Of a stretch of DNA of 64,000 bases, positions 46,766-59,100 are shown piece after piece. Positions within the stretch are counted from its first letter, which is position 1; each line of letters starts with the position of its first letter. Under the pieces are notes generated by a model, which saw only the letters and a program-made list of their open reading frames with translations, did no database searches and was not told where the DNA came from. A program made the translations under genes and the position numbers. This stretch comes from Naegleria gruberi. Taxonomy: Eukaryota. The stretch lies in NCBI GenBank assembly GCA_000004985.1, contig GG738858.1; one strand, 5' to 3'.

Positions 46766-48470
46766 ATGCAACAAGTAAACAGTTCAATTTCCATGAATTC
46801 TAATCATGAGAATTATGATGCTGATTCATCTTTAGTTGAGATTAATGAAAAAAGTCAAAAATCAATTTCTATTTTTGGCGGATGGAGGGATTGGAAAATT
46901 ATCAGGTTTTTCAGAGGGAATCAGGATGGCCCGAAATTGTATATGGTCAGATGGGTCATCTTGTTGATATTTACATTGGCAATGTTTAGCAGTGTGTTGG
47001 CACAATCAACATTTTCTGCTGTTGGGTAGGTTTCTAATAATTGGCAACATTGAGCTAAATATTATTCAACATGCATGATGTTTCAATGCATTTACATGTG
47101 TGCATGAATGAAAATGCTTGAAAAACAGTACAATTATCATGCAGTATTATAACATTCCTCATCAGAATTGGAAAGTTAATATGATGAGTATGATATTTCT
47201 TATTGTGCAACTTCCTACTTCATGGGGAGTTAGTTTTGTAATGAAAAGATATGGACTGAGATGGTGTATGATCATATTTGGTGTCTTGACATTTATTGGA
47301 ATGTGGATTCGTTGTTTTGGATATAAGAAAGGAAGCGAAACTTATCTGTGGATTGCATTTTGTGGACAAACCTTAATTGCCATTGGACAACCTTTCGTCC
47401 ACAGTATTTCTGGTCTATTGAGTGTAAACTGGTTTGGCGATAAGGAAAGAACCCTCGTTCAAGTAGTAACTCTCCTAATGGGACTTATCGGAGGCGGAGT
47501 TTCATTTGCAATCGGACCTAGCTTAATTACAATGGGACAAACTGCAATGCGAGGCTCTGAAATCGGAATGATCATTTATTTAGTCCTCCAAGCTGTGATT
47601 GCAAGTGCATGTCTTGTATTAATTGTAATTTTCGTTAAGGATAAGCCACCAACTCCACCAGTGATAATTAAGGAAAATCAAACAATTGATTCTACTGAAG
47701 AAAAAGATGAAGAACCAACAGAAGGAACCAATCTGACCATTAATTCAGAAAGTAATGAAGGACAATTCAATGCCATTGAAAGTGGGCATCATGGGGAAAA
47801 GCCATTTTCAAATAGCAATGCAAAGGATATCTATCCACAACAAACCATTTGGCAAGGTGCTAAAAAATTACTGACTTCACCTCATTTCATCATGTTGACC
47901 ATTGGATCATCGTGTCTCAATTCAGTCTTTCAAACTTTGGCTATTCTTGAACAATTGATCACACCGAAAGGATATACTACTTTCGATAATGCAAATATCG
48001 GTCTTGTTCATTTAGTTTTCGTCTTGATTGGATGTTTCGGATTGAGTATTCTATTTGACAAGACCAAAAGGTTTAAATTGATTTCATGCATAAGCAGTTT
48101 CACAGCATGTATTGGATTTGCTTGTTTTTCAGTTATCATGCAATGGGAAAAGACTGATTTCACACTGGCTATGGTTTACCTGTCATTTGTCGTGATTGGA
48201 GTTTCGGCCATTCCAAGTTTACCTTTAATTTCTCAAATGCTTGTTTATTCTACGTATCCTGTCCACCCAGCAACTTCCTTAGTAATTTCCAGTGCAATTG
48301 GTACCATTTGGAGTGTTATCTTTCTCGTGATTGTAAACGTCTTACAGAGCGAGGTCACAAATTCATCAAATATCATTTTATGGATGGATTTGTCATTGTT
48401 AATCATTGGATTCGTAATGGTTTTATTATTCAGAGGAAAATTCGATAATGTTCTCGTTAATAAAAAGTGA
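46766..48470 (+). CDS. major-facilitator-superfamily transporter (FLVCR/MFSD7-like?), 2 exons (about 533 aa)
   Basis: join(46766..47025,47129..48470); the 103-nt intron has a GTAGGT donor and an AAAACAG acceptor, and the frame is consistent with ORFs 46739.. and 47118... About 12 predicted TM helices are present, with an MFS-type loop and a central E/T-rich cytosolic loop. The start is taken at the first in-frame ATG, 46766. Confidence 0.65.
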
Positions 48471-48555
48471 GAGTTTACAACAAGTATTCGTTAAAAAAGT
48501 TCCAAATTGTTCGTTGTAAAGTCTCAAGATGAGCACAAATTTTTAATCAAAAAAA

Positions 48556-49692
48556 ATGGGACAATCACAACCGAGCTACCCGCCACCACTTGCAACAAAA
48601 TGTTCCGAAAATGAAAGATTGGCTGTGATGCAAAAATTGGGAAATTTTGAGATGGCTCCAATTATGGAATTTAAATACTATTTTAATAGGAAATACAAGA
48701 ATAATTATCAACATTCGGATGAGAGTTTAGTTTTCAATGATGAGAATTGTTCGATATTTGAGAGGGAATTACCTGAAGAAGTGTTTATTCACATTTTGAA
48801 ATTTTTAAATCATCGAGAATTAATCAAAATGAGAAGAGTTTGTACAAACTATGAAAGTTATTGGATTCAAAATTCGAAAGTGTGGAATGTAAGATCGTTC
48901 GAAACTGAAAAGGATGAACCAAACATGTTGTTCAAACCAGTTTTGAATTCGCCCATTGAATCCATCTCTTTTTATTACAAACACTTTCTTCCAACCATTG
49001 TAAATTCATTTTACAGAGGCAACACAATTTCATATAGAGAAAGAATCAAAACTATTCTTTTAGGAAGTGAACGATGTGGAAAATCTGAATTAATGAAATT
49101 GGTTATTAACAATTATCAAGATTTTAATCCATTACTGGAATACTCTCCAACTGATGCCCATCTTTACACACCATTAGAAATTATTCCATTCAAGACCTCT
49201 TCTGAAAGAGGAGATTTGTTATTACAATTTTGGGATAGTTCAGGTAAAGAAAAGAGAATTCCCTTTCTCAAACCATTATTAAGGGAGACGAGAATTTATA
49301 CATTTTGTTTTGATTTGAGCGATGTGAAATCTTTCTTTGAAATGAAAAGTAGAATTGAAACTTTTCAAGTGGAATATTTAAATTCTAATTCATTGAATGA
49401 GGAATTAAAAGAAAGTGGAGCTTGCATGTTGGTGATTGGAATGAAGAGAGATTTGGAGAGGAAAGTGAGTAAACTTGAAATTACTAAATATTTGGAAGAA
49501 TTGAGCAAAGTTAAAGATGGAATCTCAATTAAGAGTTTAAGAATTCAATATTTCGAGTTGAGTAGCAAACAGGATTCAAAGAAAGTATTGGAATTTCCAT
49601 TTATTTATGGGTTGACCATGATTGAAGAGCATATTCCACCAGAAGAGACATTAGAAATGATGGCAGCACACTTTATGAAACCTGCAAAATAA
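48556..49692 (+). CDS. F-box domain fused to a divergent Ras-superfamily (Rab-like) GTPase domain; N-myristoylation-type N-terminus
   Basis: 378-aa ORF with N-terminus MGQSQPS. The F-box is LPEEVFIHILKFLNHRELIKMRRVCTNYESYWIQNSKVW. The GTPase motifs are G1 ILLGSERCGKSELM, G3 WDSSGKE, G4-like VIGMKRDL and G5-like ELSSKQ. Confidence 0.6.
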   Translation: MGQSQPSYPPPLATKCSENERLAVMQKLGNFEMAPIMEFKYYFNRKYKNNYQHSDESLVFNDENCSIFERELPEEVFIHILKFLNHRELIKMRRVCTNYESYWIQNSKVWNVRSFETEKDEPNMLFKPVLNSPIESISFYYKHFLPTIVNSFYRGNTISYRERIKTILLGSERCGKSELMKLVINNYQDFNPLLEYSPTDAHLYTPLEIIPFKTSSERGDLLLQFWDSSGKEKRIPFLKPLLRETRIYTFCFDLSDVKSFFEMKSRIETFQVEYLNSNSLNEELKESGACMLVIGMKRDLERKVSKLEITKYLEELSKVKDGISIKSLRIQYFELSSKQDSKKVLEFPFIYGLTMIEEHIPPEETLEMMAAHFMKPAK

Positions 49693-49746
49693 TACTGTTG
49701 TAAATAAACTAACTTTTCACTTTCGAATAAAACAGATTGATGAAAC

Positions 49747-51009
49747 TTGTCAAAAAAAATGAATCCACATCAAAAACCGTCTACACTATCACCTCATAAT
49801 CAAGGAATACTTGTTGATGATATATTTTCCAATGACATTTGTTTTGAAATTTTATCATTTCTTGATTCTTGGTCAATTTTAAATTGTTCTTTAATTTCAA
49901 AACAATTTCGTCAAGTAATCAAGGAGGGAATAAAACTTTCTATTAATTTCCGACAAGAAGTTAACAGTGGAGGATTAGAAAAGCTTGGAAATAGTTCATT
50001 TATCGATAATATAATTTCATTGAAATTTGGAATAATTCCAAATCAATATAAGAAATTCTTTGATTGTTTGAGATTGATGCATCAATTGACCGATCTTTCA
50101 TTATCTAATTTTATATTTGCTACATATGCTGGTAAAAACAGTGAAATTACTGTTGAGCTAGCCAAATGCATCTGTCAATTGAAAAATTTAAAAAAACTTG
50201 ACGTTAGTTATAATTATCATCTTGAGAATGAAGTTGTTGAATTGATAAGTGAATTGAGAGAATTGAGAGAACTTAACATTAGATACTGTGATATTGGAGT
50301 AGAAGAGGTAAAATATCTCACTAAATTGGATAAATTGCATTCTCTGGATATTGGTATTAATCAAATATATGCAGACGGAGCTAAATTATTAAGTACAATG
50401 AAAAGTTTAACAAAGCTTGATGTGGCTGAGTGCGAAATTGGTGATGAGGGATGCCAGTCAATTACAGAGCTTTATCAATTGACTGATCTCAATATAAATG
50501 GTGATGGTATTGGTGTTGGGGGAGCTAACTGTATTGGTCAGATGAGGAATTTAAAAAGTCTCGATATTAGCAATAATTTCTTTGGAAATTATGGAGCAAA
50601 ATCAATAAGTGAGCTATCTCAATTAGAAATTCTTAATGTTTCATATAGTGACATTGATGAAGTGGGAGTTTATCAGTTACGCAAATTGAAAAATTTAACA
50701 TCTCTTTCCATTCATCATAATGAGATAACTGATGAAGGAACTAAATATATAGTAGAATTGGACCAATTAACTCATCTAGATATTAGCAACAATCAAATTG
50801 AAACAGAAGGAGCAAAATCTATTAGTGAAATGAGTCAATTAACCTCATTGAATATTAGTTCTAATATTATAGGTGACGAGGGAGCTCAATATATCAGTCA
50901 TTTAAAAAAACTAACATCACTAAATGTTAGCAAATGTAGAGTGAGTGAAGAAGGAGTTGAATCTATCAGAAAACAATTGAAACACTTGAAAACGCTTGAG
51001 GTAGAATAA
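49747..51009 (+). CDS. F-box-like/RNI-type LRR protein, divergent third paralog
   Basis: 420-aa ORF with an N-terminal F-box-like region, FSNDICFEILSFLDSWSILNCSLISKQFRQVI, followed by about 12 RNI-type LRRs (for example ISNNQIETEGAKSISEMSQLTSLN). It has no acidic tail. Confidence 0.7.
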   Translation: MSKKMNPHQKPSTLSPHNQGILVDDIFSNDICFEILSFLDSWSILNCSLISKQFRQVIKEGIKLSINFRQEVNSGGLEKLGNSSFIDNIISLKFGIIPNQYKKFFDCLRLMHQLTDLSLSNFIFATYAGKNSEITVELAKCICQLKNLKKLDVSYNYHLENEVVELISELRELRELNIRYCDIGVEEVKYLTKLDKLHSLDIGINQIYADGAKLLSTMKSLTKLDVAECEIGDEGCQSITELYQLTDLNINGDGIGVGGANCIGQMRNLKSLDISNNFFGNYGAKSISELSQLEILNVSYSDIDEVGVYQLRKLKNLTSLSIHHNEITDEGTKYIVELDQLTHLDISNNQIETEGAKSISEMSQLTSLNISSNIIGDEGAQYISHLKKLTSLNVSKCRVSEEGVESIRKQLKHLKTLEVE

Positions 51010-51515
51010 ACTCTACAATTTCTTTTCATGATTATTCTCTTGTTGCTTTTGACCTTTATTCTCATTAAGATTGAACATAATTCCTTGGCAACTTCTAAAA
51101 AACCAAATAAAAGACTACAGCACCACAGGTTCCCAAGTTGTCTCCAACCTCAGTACTGATGTGGCTCGACGATGCTTAACTTCTCAAATCGGACGGGATG
51201 AGGTGCACTCATCGTGATATGGCCGTAGCCATCAATTTACTTAATTTCTGGAATATTAATCATTTCAACCTTACCTTACTGGCTTCTATCACTTTACATC
51301 TCAAACAAAAGTGAAAGCTCATGTACAACATTGATCTTTGCTCCTATGAAAATTAAATGTTTGGGTGTGAGCTTCAAAATATGAAAGTTACATTTACCAA
51401 AAATATAAATAGATAGCAAGTGAGCTAGAGTGAATGAAATTGTCTCTTGTTCAATCAAAAAAAAAGAAACCTACTGCAATGAATACTCTAGCTATTATGA
51501 TTATTGATTTATTGA

Positions 51516-51565
51516 GCCCTCTTGAAATATTCCATTTCAATCAATGTGAATAGTCCAAGAGGGCT
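51516..51565. repeat. perfect 10-bp inverted repeat (hairpin) with 30-nt loop
   Basis: agccctcttg (51516-51525) pairs with caagagggct (51556-51565), and CTGA follows immediately 3'. It lies in the intergenic region between the LRR gene and the NHL gene. Confidence 0.6.
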
Positions 51566-51867
51566 GACAATTATTCCACTCACTCTCAAGTATTTGCAGA
51601 ATTGTAAATCCACACAGCACACACCTAATTTATAAAGAACAATACCACAATTAATATGTATGATATTAGATTGAATCAATTAAGTTTTCAATAAATCTCT
51701 TATTGTGCATCAAACATATAAATTTAATTTCTATTGGAAGTGAATCAAAACTTCATAGGTCTAACATTGTTTCTTCTTTTTAAATGCAATCATGTGTTCA
51801 ATTCCTGGCGCCAAACTGCAAATTTTTAAATGAGTGAACTTGATCTATTATTAAAACATTTTAAAAA

Positions 51868-52794
51868 ATGCAACAAGCAAAGAAGAGCCATTTTCAATAC
51901 ATTTCAACGATAGCACACTCGGGATTCATCACTGATGTAAAGATATGCTTGAAACATAATTTATTATTATTAGTTAATTATTCAAGTGGTACGGTGATGG
52001 TACACAACTTGACCACTAGAGAGAAAATGTTTGATGTTAATGTAGGAGGATATTGTTATTATGTAGCCTTGGATTATACTGATCCGGATTGTACATTACC
52101 CTGTATTATATCAACTTCTGATTCTTATGGAGATTGCGGTTTGAGAAAACATTCACTTGATACAAAACAATTGATTTGGAAAGGTCCGTGTACGTTATCT
52201 AGTGCTAGAGGATTGTATGTTGATCAGGAAAAGAAACAAGTATATGTTACTGAGAGAGATAGCGGATTATTGAGAGTTTTTTCATGTGTGGATGGCTCTC
52301 TTGTAACACAATTTAAAGTTGGAGCTGTTACTGATGTCACAATGTCTTTGGGAACTCTTGTTGTTTGTGACAAAGACGCAGGATGTATTAAATTCCTCTC
52401 ACCAACTGATGGATCACTAATTAGAAAGATTGGAGAGAACGGTGAATCGATTGGAAAACTCAATTATCCTAGAGGAGTGATTGTAGATCCAATTACAAGA
52501 AATTTAATTGTTTCAGATTCTGATAATCATAGAATTCAGATATTCACTTGGAATGGAGAATATTTAGAAAGCGTTGGTAAGAAAGGAAGTGGTGAGGCAG
52601 AACTTAACACTCCATTTGGTATCGTTTTGAATAGTATAACAGGTGAATTGTTTGTTTCGGATTGTTACAATTACAGAGTTATTGTATTCAAATATGATAG
52701 TCTCATTTCTGGAAAATCAGAAGTTAGATTCAAGAATATGCTTTCTAAATCCTTGCACGAAAGTCTTTTGTCTGACATTGAGTTTTCACTTTAA
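51868..52794 (+). CDS. NHL-repeat beta-propeller protein
   Basis: 308-aa intronless ORF with NHL-type repeats (PRGVIVDPITRNLIVSDSDNHRIQIF, GIVLNSITGELFVSDCYNYRVIVF, GLYVDQEKKQVYVTERDSGLLRVF). Confidence 0.65.
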   Translation: MQQAKKSHFQYISTIAHSGFITDVKICLKHNLLLLVNYSSGTVMVHNLTTREKMFDVNVGGYCYYVALDYTDPDCTLPCIISTSDSYGDCGLRKHSLDTKQLIWKGPCTLSSARGLYVDQEKKQVYVTERDSGLLRVFSCVDGSLVTQFKVGAVTDVTMSLGTLVVCDKDAGCIKFLSPTDGSLIRKIGENGESIGKLNYPRGVIVDPITRNLIVSDSDNHRIQIFTWNGEYLESVGKKGSGEAELNTPFGIVLNSITGELFVSDCYNYRVIVFKYDSLISGKSEVRFKNMLSKSLHESLLSDIEFSL

Positions 52795-53195
52795 GGGTTT
52801 CTGTATTAAATTCATGTTTGAATTGTACCAGTAAATAAAATTATTAATTAAAGTTAATTTAAAATTTAAATTCAAAGATATTTTATAAAATAAATTATCT
52901 TGTTATTAAATCAATGTACGGTTTTCTTAGTCTTGATGAAAGGTTCCACGAAAGAAAACTGGCTCAGAAATCAATTAAGTCCATCAAGGAATAGAACATG
53001 TTCAATAGGTAAGAGCTAATCAATATTACAAAGGCTGTTATCACAAGAAATTAGTTCAATCATCACAGAATCACCACTCTCGCTAGATAGATTCACCATT
53101 CTTTTTGCCAAGACTGTGGATATTGTTATTAAGGCCATTGAATTTAAAAAAAATTACAATTTTTTGACAAACAATAATTTATTAAGATATATGGG

Positions 53196-56100
53196 TTAAT
53201 TAACTAGTCCTATCGGAACATAGCAAACCAAACCATAAATACCTCCATCAGGAGTAGTAGTAGCCCACCAACCATATGTTGGATAAGATCCCATAAAGTA
53301 AGCATAGGTAATACTATCACCAGATGCTGGATAATAACTACTGTACCAATCCTTATAGACAATGGTACTTCCATCGGACCAAGTTGTGAAGGAGCCTTGG
53401 GAAATTTCATGTCCCTTAGTACCTAAGAAGAAGGCATTGGTTTCATTCTTTGGAAGGAGATTGTTGGCTAAGAATGTCTTTTCTGTGGCACTTTGAATTT
53501 GGACCAATGAAGCGTTTGGATGGAAATACTTGCACAAACTACTCATTGATTCAACGGCATAATAGTTTTGAAGTTTGGTAAAGTAATAACATCTTCCCAA
53601 TGATGTACTACAGCTCATCTTTCTATACCATGGATAATCAACCATGTTGACCTTTGGAGGTAGAGTTGAAGGAGCAGTAATGATACCTGATGGACCTGTA
53701 ATTGTTCCTTGAGAATATTGAGAACCACCAGCAAGGCCAAATTTGATAATACCTTCTGGAATGTCTCCTGCAATCTTGAGTGTGTAAATCTTGTAGGAAC
53801 CTGGTGCAATAGTGTATGAGCTAGGCAATGACAAGTAGGTGAAACCAGTGAGTCCAGTAATTTGATCAGCACCAATGTAAACAGGGAAGCTTGGTGAATA
53901 ATCATGGAAGGCATCTTGGTTGTATCCTGCTTGTAATTCGAGAGTGAATCTAGTAAGTGCAGGTGATCCAGTAGCAACACTAATATTGTATGTGAAAACA
54001 GTAACTGGAGAGGAAGCGTTCAAGAATGTGGCAGTAGAAGAGGTCTTACCCAAATATTTAACAGAGTAACCACTGCTAGCTAATGGAACGAGTACATTGG
54101 TCTTGGATGTGTCAACAATATTACATGAGTTATCAATAATGGTTTGGTAAATGTTACTCAAATCGTTCCAATTTACCAAGACAAGATTATTTTGATCATA
54201 GTTCATCTTTTGTACTTGAATTTGACCATAACTATCCGTTACAGCAGAGCCTATTCCGATAGCAAGCTGTCTCCAATTCCAAACTGAGCCATAGAGTGAC
54301 ATTTCAGCATTATTAGAGCCACCAATTGACCAAGAGTTAATATCAACTGATCTAACAGTGGCATCAGAACATGGATTACAACGAGATCTATCATCATACC
54401 ACGAGCAAACAGTACAATCTGCGCCTGGGAAGCGAGGGCTCTTACAATAGGATGGGGAAACACCATAGTTTCCAGGATTTGATGAATAGGTTGATCTACA
54501 GCTACCACAAGAGCATGGGTCATTTGAGAGACCATCAGTAATGTGAATCAATAACTTTTGAGAAATTGACTTTCTACCAGAGGCCAACATCATATTAACT
54601 GCAGTATTAATACCTGAAATTGAGTTGGTACCAGATTGAATTTGGGCCATATTCTTGATGGCAGTTAAAACACTAGATTGACTTGTACCAGACTTCAAAT
54701 CCAAGTGAGTTGTAATAGTTGAGGCAAATTGAATAATACCAATGTTTGTTCCAGTTGGAGAGATGTTTGATCCAAAGCCTGTTGTCAAATTGGAAGCAAA
54801 GTTCTTCATGTTAACAAAGTTATCAGCTGTAATACTTCCAGAACCGTCAATAACAAATATGATATCCAAGTTAAGACCGCATTGACACTTGGTGTATTGA
54901 ACTGAGACAACAGCTGATGCTGAGGTACCATCTTGATCTGATTGGATACTGTAAACAAACTTTTGAGTATTACAACTTCCAGTAACTGGATAAACTCTGA
55001 TAATTCTATTGTTGGCAGGATCGGCTGGGTTGAGGATGGCTGGAGTGCCTGATGTACAATATGAGGAATCACCTGATGGACAAGAAATTCCAGTGAAAGT
55101 GAATGTACCACCAAGAGAATCATAGTCATTGCTCAACAAACTTGATACAGAGATATCAATATAGGTATTGAATTGTGTTGATACAAAGTCATTGACAGCA
55201 ACAGGAGGAGAAGCAAGAGCTGAAATTCCAACTTGAACATTCTTAGTAATTGGATTTCTTGCATCAGAATCAGAAACAGCTAAAACAAAGTTACAACTTC
55301 CAAGGAATGTTGCTACTCTCAAAAACTTGACTTGATTGCTGGCAATTGTCAAGGATTGAAGAACGGTGCTATTACAAGTTCCAACATCTGCAATACTCTT
55401 CAAAACTAGAGTGTCTGCAGTGTCGGCATCCTTTGAAGATGAGAGAGAAATATAATCAAATGAAATATAATTATTACTAGCTCTAGAAATTGAATAGACA
55501 TAAGTGTAAGCATTCAAGGTTGGAGCTTGATTAGGTTGAGCAATAATAATCTTACAAATGGCAGTTTGTCCAGCAGTGTTTGTCAAAGAATAGGAAGCAT
55601 AACAATCACTATTTGATGATGAGGTACTTGCTGGAGTGTATGTCAATTTACCAGTAGAGGATGAGATGGAACCAACACCATTAAGAGTAGCAGTGTTAGT
55701 GATAGCCATTGTGACTGGTTCAGAACCAACCTTTGCTGTTAAACTTGTCTTTAAAGCATCTTCAAATTGAGTAGCAGCAGAATTCTTTGTAGTGGAAATT
55801 GTGTAATCAAGACATCCGAAAGAATTACCAGTGATTGTAACAGTGTAAGTGTAGGTTGAAGTTAATTGACCATCAGTCAAGGTGAAAGAGAATTGCAAAG
55901 TTCCCAAATAAGTAGTAGCATAAGTAAGCTTTACAGATCCATCAGAGTTCAACAAGACAGAGGCACCAGTGTTTTGAGTAATCATACTAACACTTGAAAC
56001 AGTAACTGTATCACCATCAGCATCACTTGCACCTGTCAATAGATCAGTGAAAGTATAAGTTGGATTGGAATAACTTCTTTCAATGGTGGTAGTCTTTGCA

Positions 56101-59100
56101 CTTCCAGTTGGAGGTGTATTTCTAATGACTACAGACATGGTAGCATAAGTTGCAACTTGAGCACCATCATAACAACTAAACTTAATGGAGTCTGTAACAT
56201 ATCGTGTTCCATTAGAAAGAGTGGTTGTGTAAGAAATTGAGGAGCTTGGTGTGTAAACAAGAGATCCAGTAGTGTAATCCGAAACAGTTGTTGTACCATA
56301 TGAACCTTGACCAACTCCAAACAAAGACAATGAATCGCTATCAGCATCATAACAGTATTGAGAAACAACATTTGTCAAAGACAAAGTGTTCTTCCAACCA
56401 ATAGTTTTAGAGAATGAAGTAGCTTGAGGAGCAGTATTGGTAAAAACAAGGTTAACAGTGGCAATATTAGAGGTGGCAATTTGATCAGTAATGGTGTATT
56501 GGAATGAATCAGTACCTGGACCATTAATGAAGGTATTCATATAGAAAACAGTTACCAAATCACTTTGTAAAACAAGGGCGGTATTACCTGTTGGCAATTG
56601 AGCACTACCAAAGTTAACATTATTCAAATTCAAAGAATTAGAACCCAAACTCATGATAACACCATACATGTTAACAACATTGAAGTTAAGTTGACCATAG
56701 GTAAGGACATGTCCATAGAATGTACCTTGAATACCTGCAGCGCCAACAATCCAGAAAACGTTCAAGTAACTAGCACCATTCTTGAAACTCCAACTAAAGT
56801 TAGCATTCAAATTTGTGGTGGCAACAAAGATAAAAAGACCACTTCCACTCAATTCAATTTTACCATTTCCATTGAGACCTTGAGAGAAACAATATACACC
56901 TGGAGTAAATGACAAAACACCTGAAGATGGGAAGTTTTGATCAAGAGAGGCAACACAAGACTTTTGTGAAAGATATTGGTAGAGATTTGAGGCAGATGTA
57001 ACAACAGATGAGTAGGCAGCGTTGTTGACACTCAAAGTACCAGTTGGTTTAAGAGCTTGAGCAGTGAAACCAGCAGTGGCAACGCTTCCAGGAACAACCA
57101 AATTGGCAAAGTTATTACAAATGGTTGAACCCTTAGAAATAACAATGTAATCTCCGATACCATTGTATGAACTGACTAAGCTTGATGGATATAACTTGTT
57201 AATATAAATATAATCACCATCAACATCATAATCGTTCAAAACAGGTTTCAAATACAAGGTATTATTGGTCCAGTGTTGAGTGAATGTATTATCAACAGCA
57301 ACAGGAGGAGTATTAGTAATGGTAATGGTAACAGTATTGGTAACACTTGAGAAACCATCAGTTACAACATAGGTGAATGAAGTAGTGAACCCAGCAGTTA
57401 GAGGAACTGGTGTGTACTTGACAAAAGTGGAATTAACAGAAGCAACAGCACCAGTATTTGGTTGAGTGAATGAAACAATGGTCAATGAATCACCATCAGC
57501 ATCAGTAACTCCAGACATCAAATCAATACTGAGGCCACTTTGAACCTTAGCCCAGTGACGACTGAATGTTAATGGAGTTGCTGTAGGAGCGCTATTGGAA
57601 ATAGTAACAAAGATTCCCTTTGATGCAGAAACTCCCATTCCATCAGTTACAGTATAGTTGAAGAATTGTGATGCAGAGTTTCCATTAGAATTGGTGAATG
57701 TGAATGATTTCTTGTCACCACTCAAAGCAACAGTACCTGCACTTGGATTAGTGAATGATGAAATAACAAGATAGTCTCCATCCTCAGTATCAGCATCAGT
57801 TGGCTTGAGAGAATCAGCTCTACCAATAACTGGAATAGAAATTGAGGAAGTGTGACCAGATACAACAATATCTTTAGCAACTGGAAGATTGTTATAGATA
57901 ACAATGCTGAATGTTGCACTTGAAGTGGACCACCCATCAGTGAATGAAACAGTAACGGAATCAGTACCAGTGTAAGCACTATTGACCTTATAGTTAATGG
58001 TGTTTCCTGAACCAAGAGAAGCAACACCAACCAGTGTCTTTGTGACAGCAGTTAAGGTAACAGCATCACCATCAGCATCCTTAAGATAGGAAGAAAGATC
58101 AATAACAGTATTACTCAAAACAGTTCTCCAGTGATATTTGAAAGCTGCAGTAGTATTGGCTGTTGGAACACTATTCAAAATTGTAATGGAAACAGTACCA
58201 GTGACTGTATCTCTTCCATCAGTGATAATATAACTGATTGGGTTGATACTACCAACAAAACCACTGGAAGGAGTGAATTTTACATTTCCAGAGCAAGTGA
58301 CACTACCTTGAGCTGCAGTAACAGATGAAGAGCATGATTGTAATGATAATGAATCTCCATTAGCATCTGAAGAAGCAGAAACAACTTCAAATGTTAAACC
58401 ATTCTTAGCTGAAGACCAAGAACCGACAAATGATTGTGAATTTGTTGTTGGAGCAGTATTGGTAACAGTAACAGTAACAGTTGATGTTGAAGTGGCAATC
58501 TCATCAGTGATTGTATAGTATACAGTATCTGTAGATGGAGCAGTTCTTGGATAGTAAGTAATGTTGGTTGAGGTAAATGTTGGTGACAAAGGAGCTAATG
58601 AACCATAAACATTAGTAACTCTCAATGGATCAGACTCAGCATCAGTATCGTTAGCAACAACATTCAAAGTGTAAGAAGCAACGTTCCAGTGAGTAGTGAG
58701 CTTATCTGGAACAGCTACTGGGGCAGTATTGTAAACAATCAAGTTGACAGTTGTGGTAACTTGACCGTTTGAAGCACCATCAGTAACAATGTACTTGAAT
58801 GAAAGTGAACCCACAAAGTTTCCAGAACCAAGGATTTTGACAGACTTGCTATCCAAAACAGTTACGGAACCAACACTTGGTTGAGAAGCAATTGAAACCA
58901 AACTCAATGAGTCGCCATCAGTATCATAATCAGCTGGAGCATAATTTAAGATATCAATTTCAATACCTGCCTTGAAAGTTCTCCATGGAACTGAAATAGT
59001 CTTGGTTTGAGAAGTTGGAGCGTTGTTTACAACAGTTACAGAGATTGAACTAGTTGAGCTCTTCATAGAGTCAGAAACTCTGTAGTTAGCAGTGTAAACA

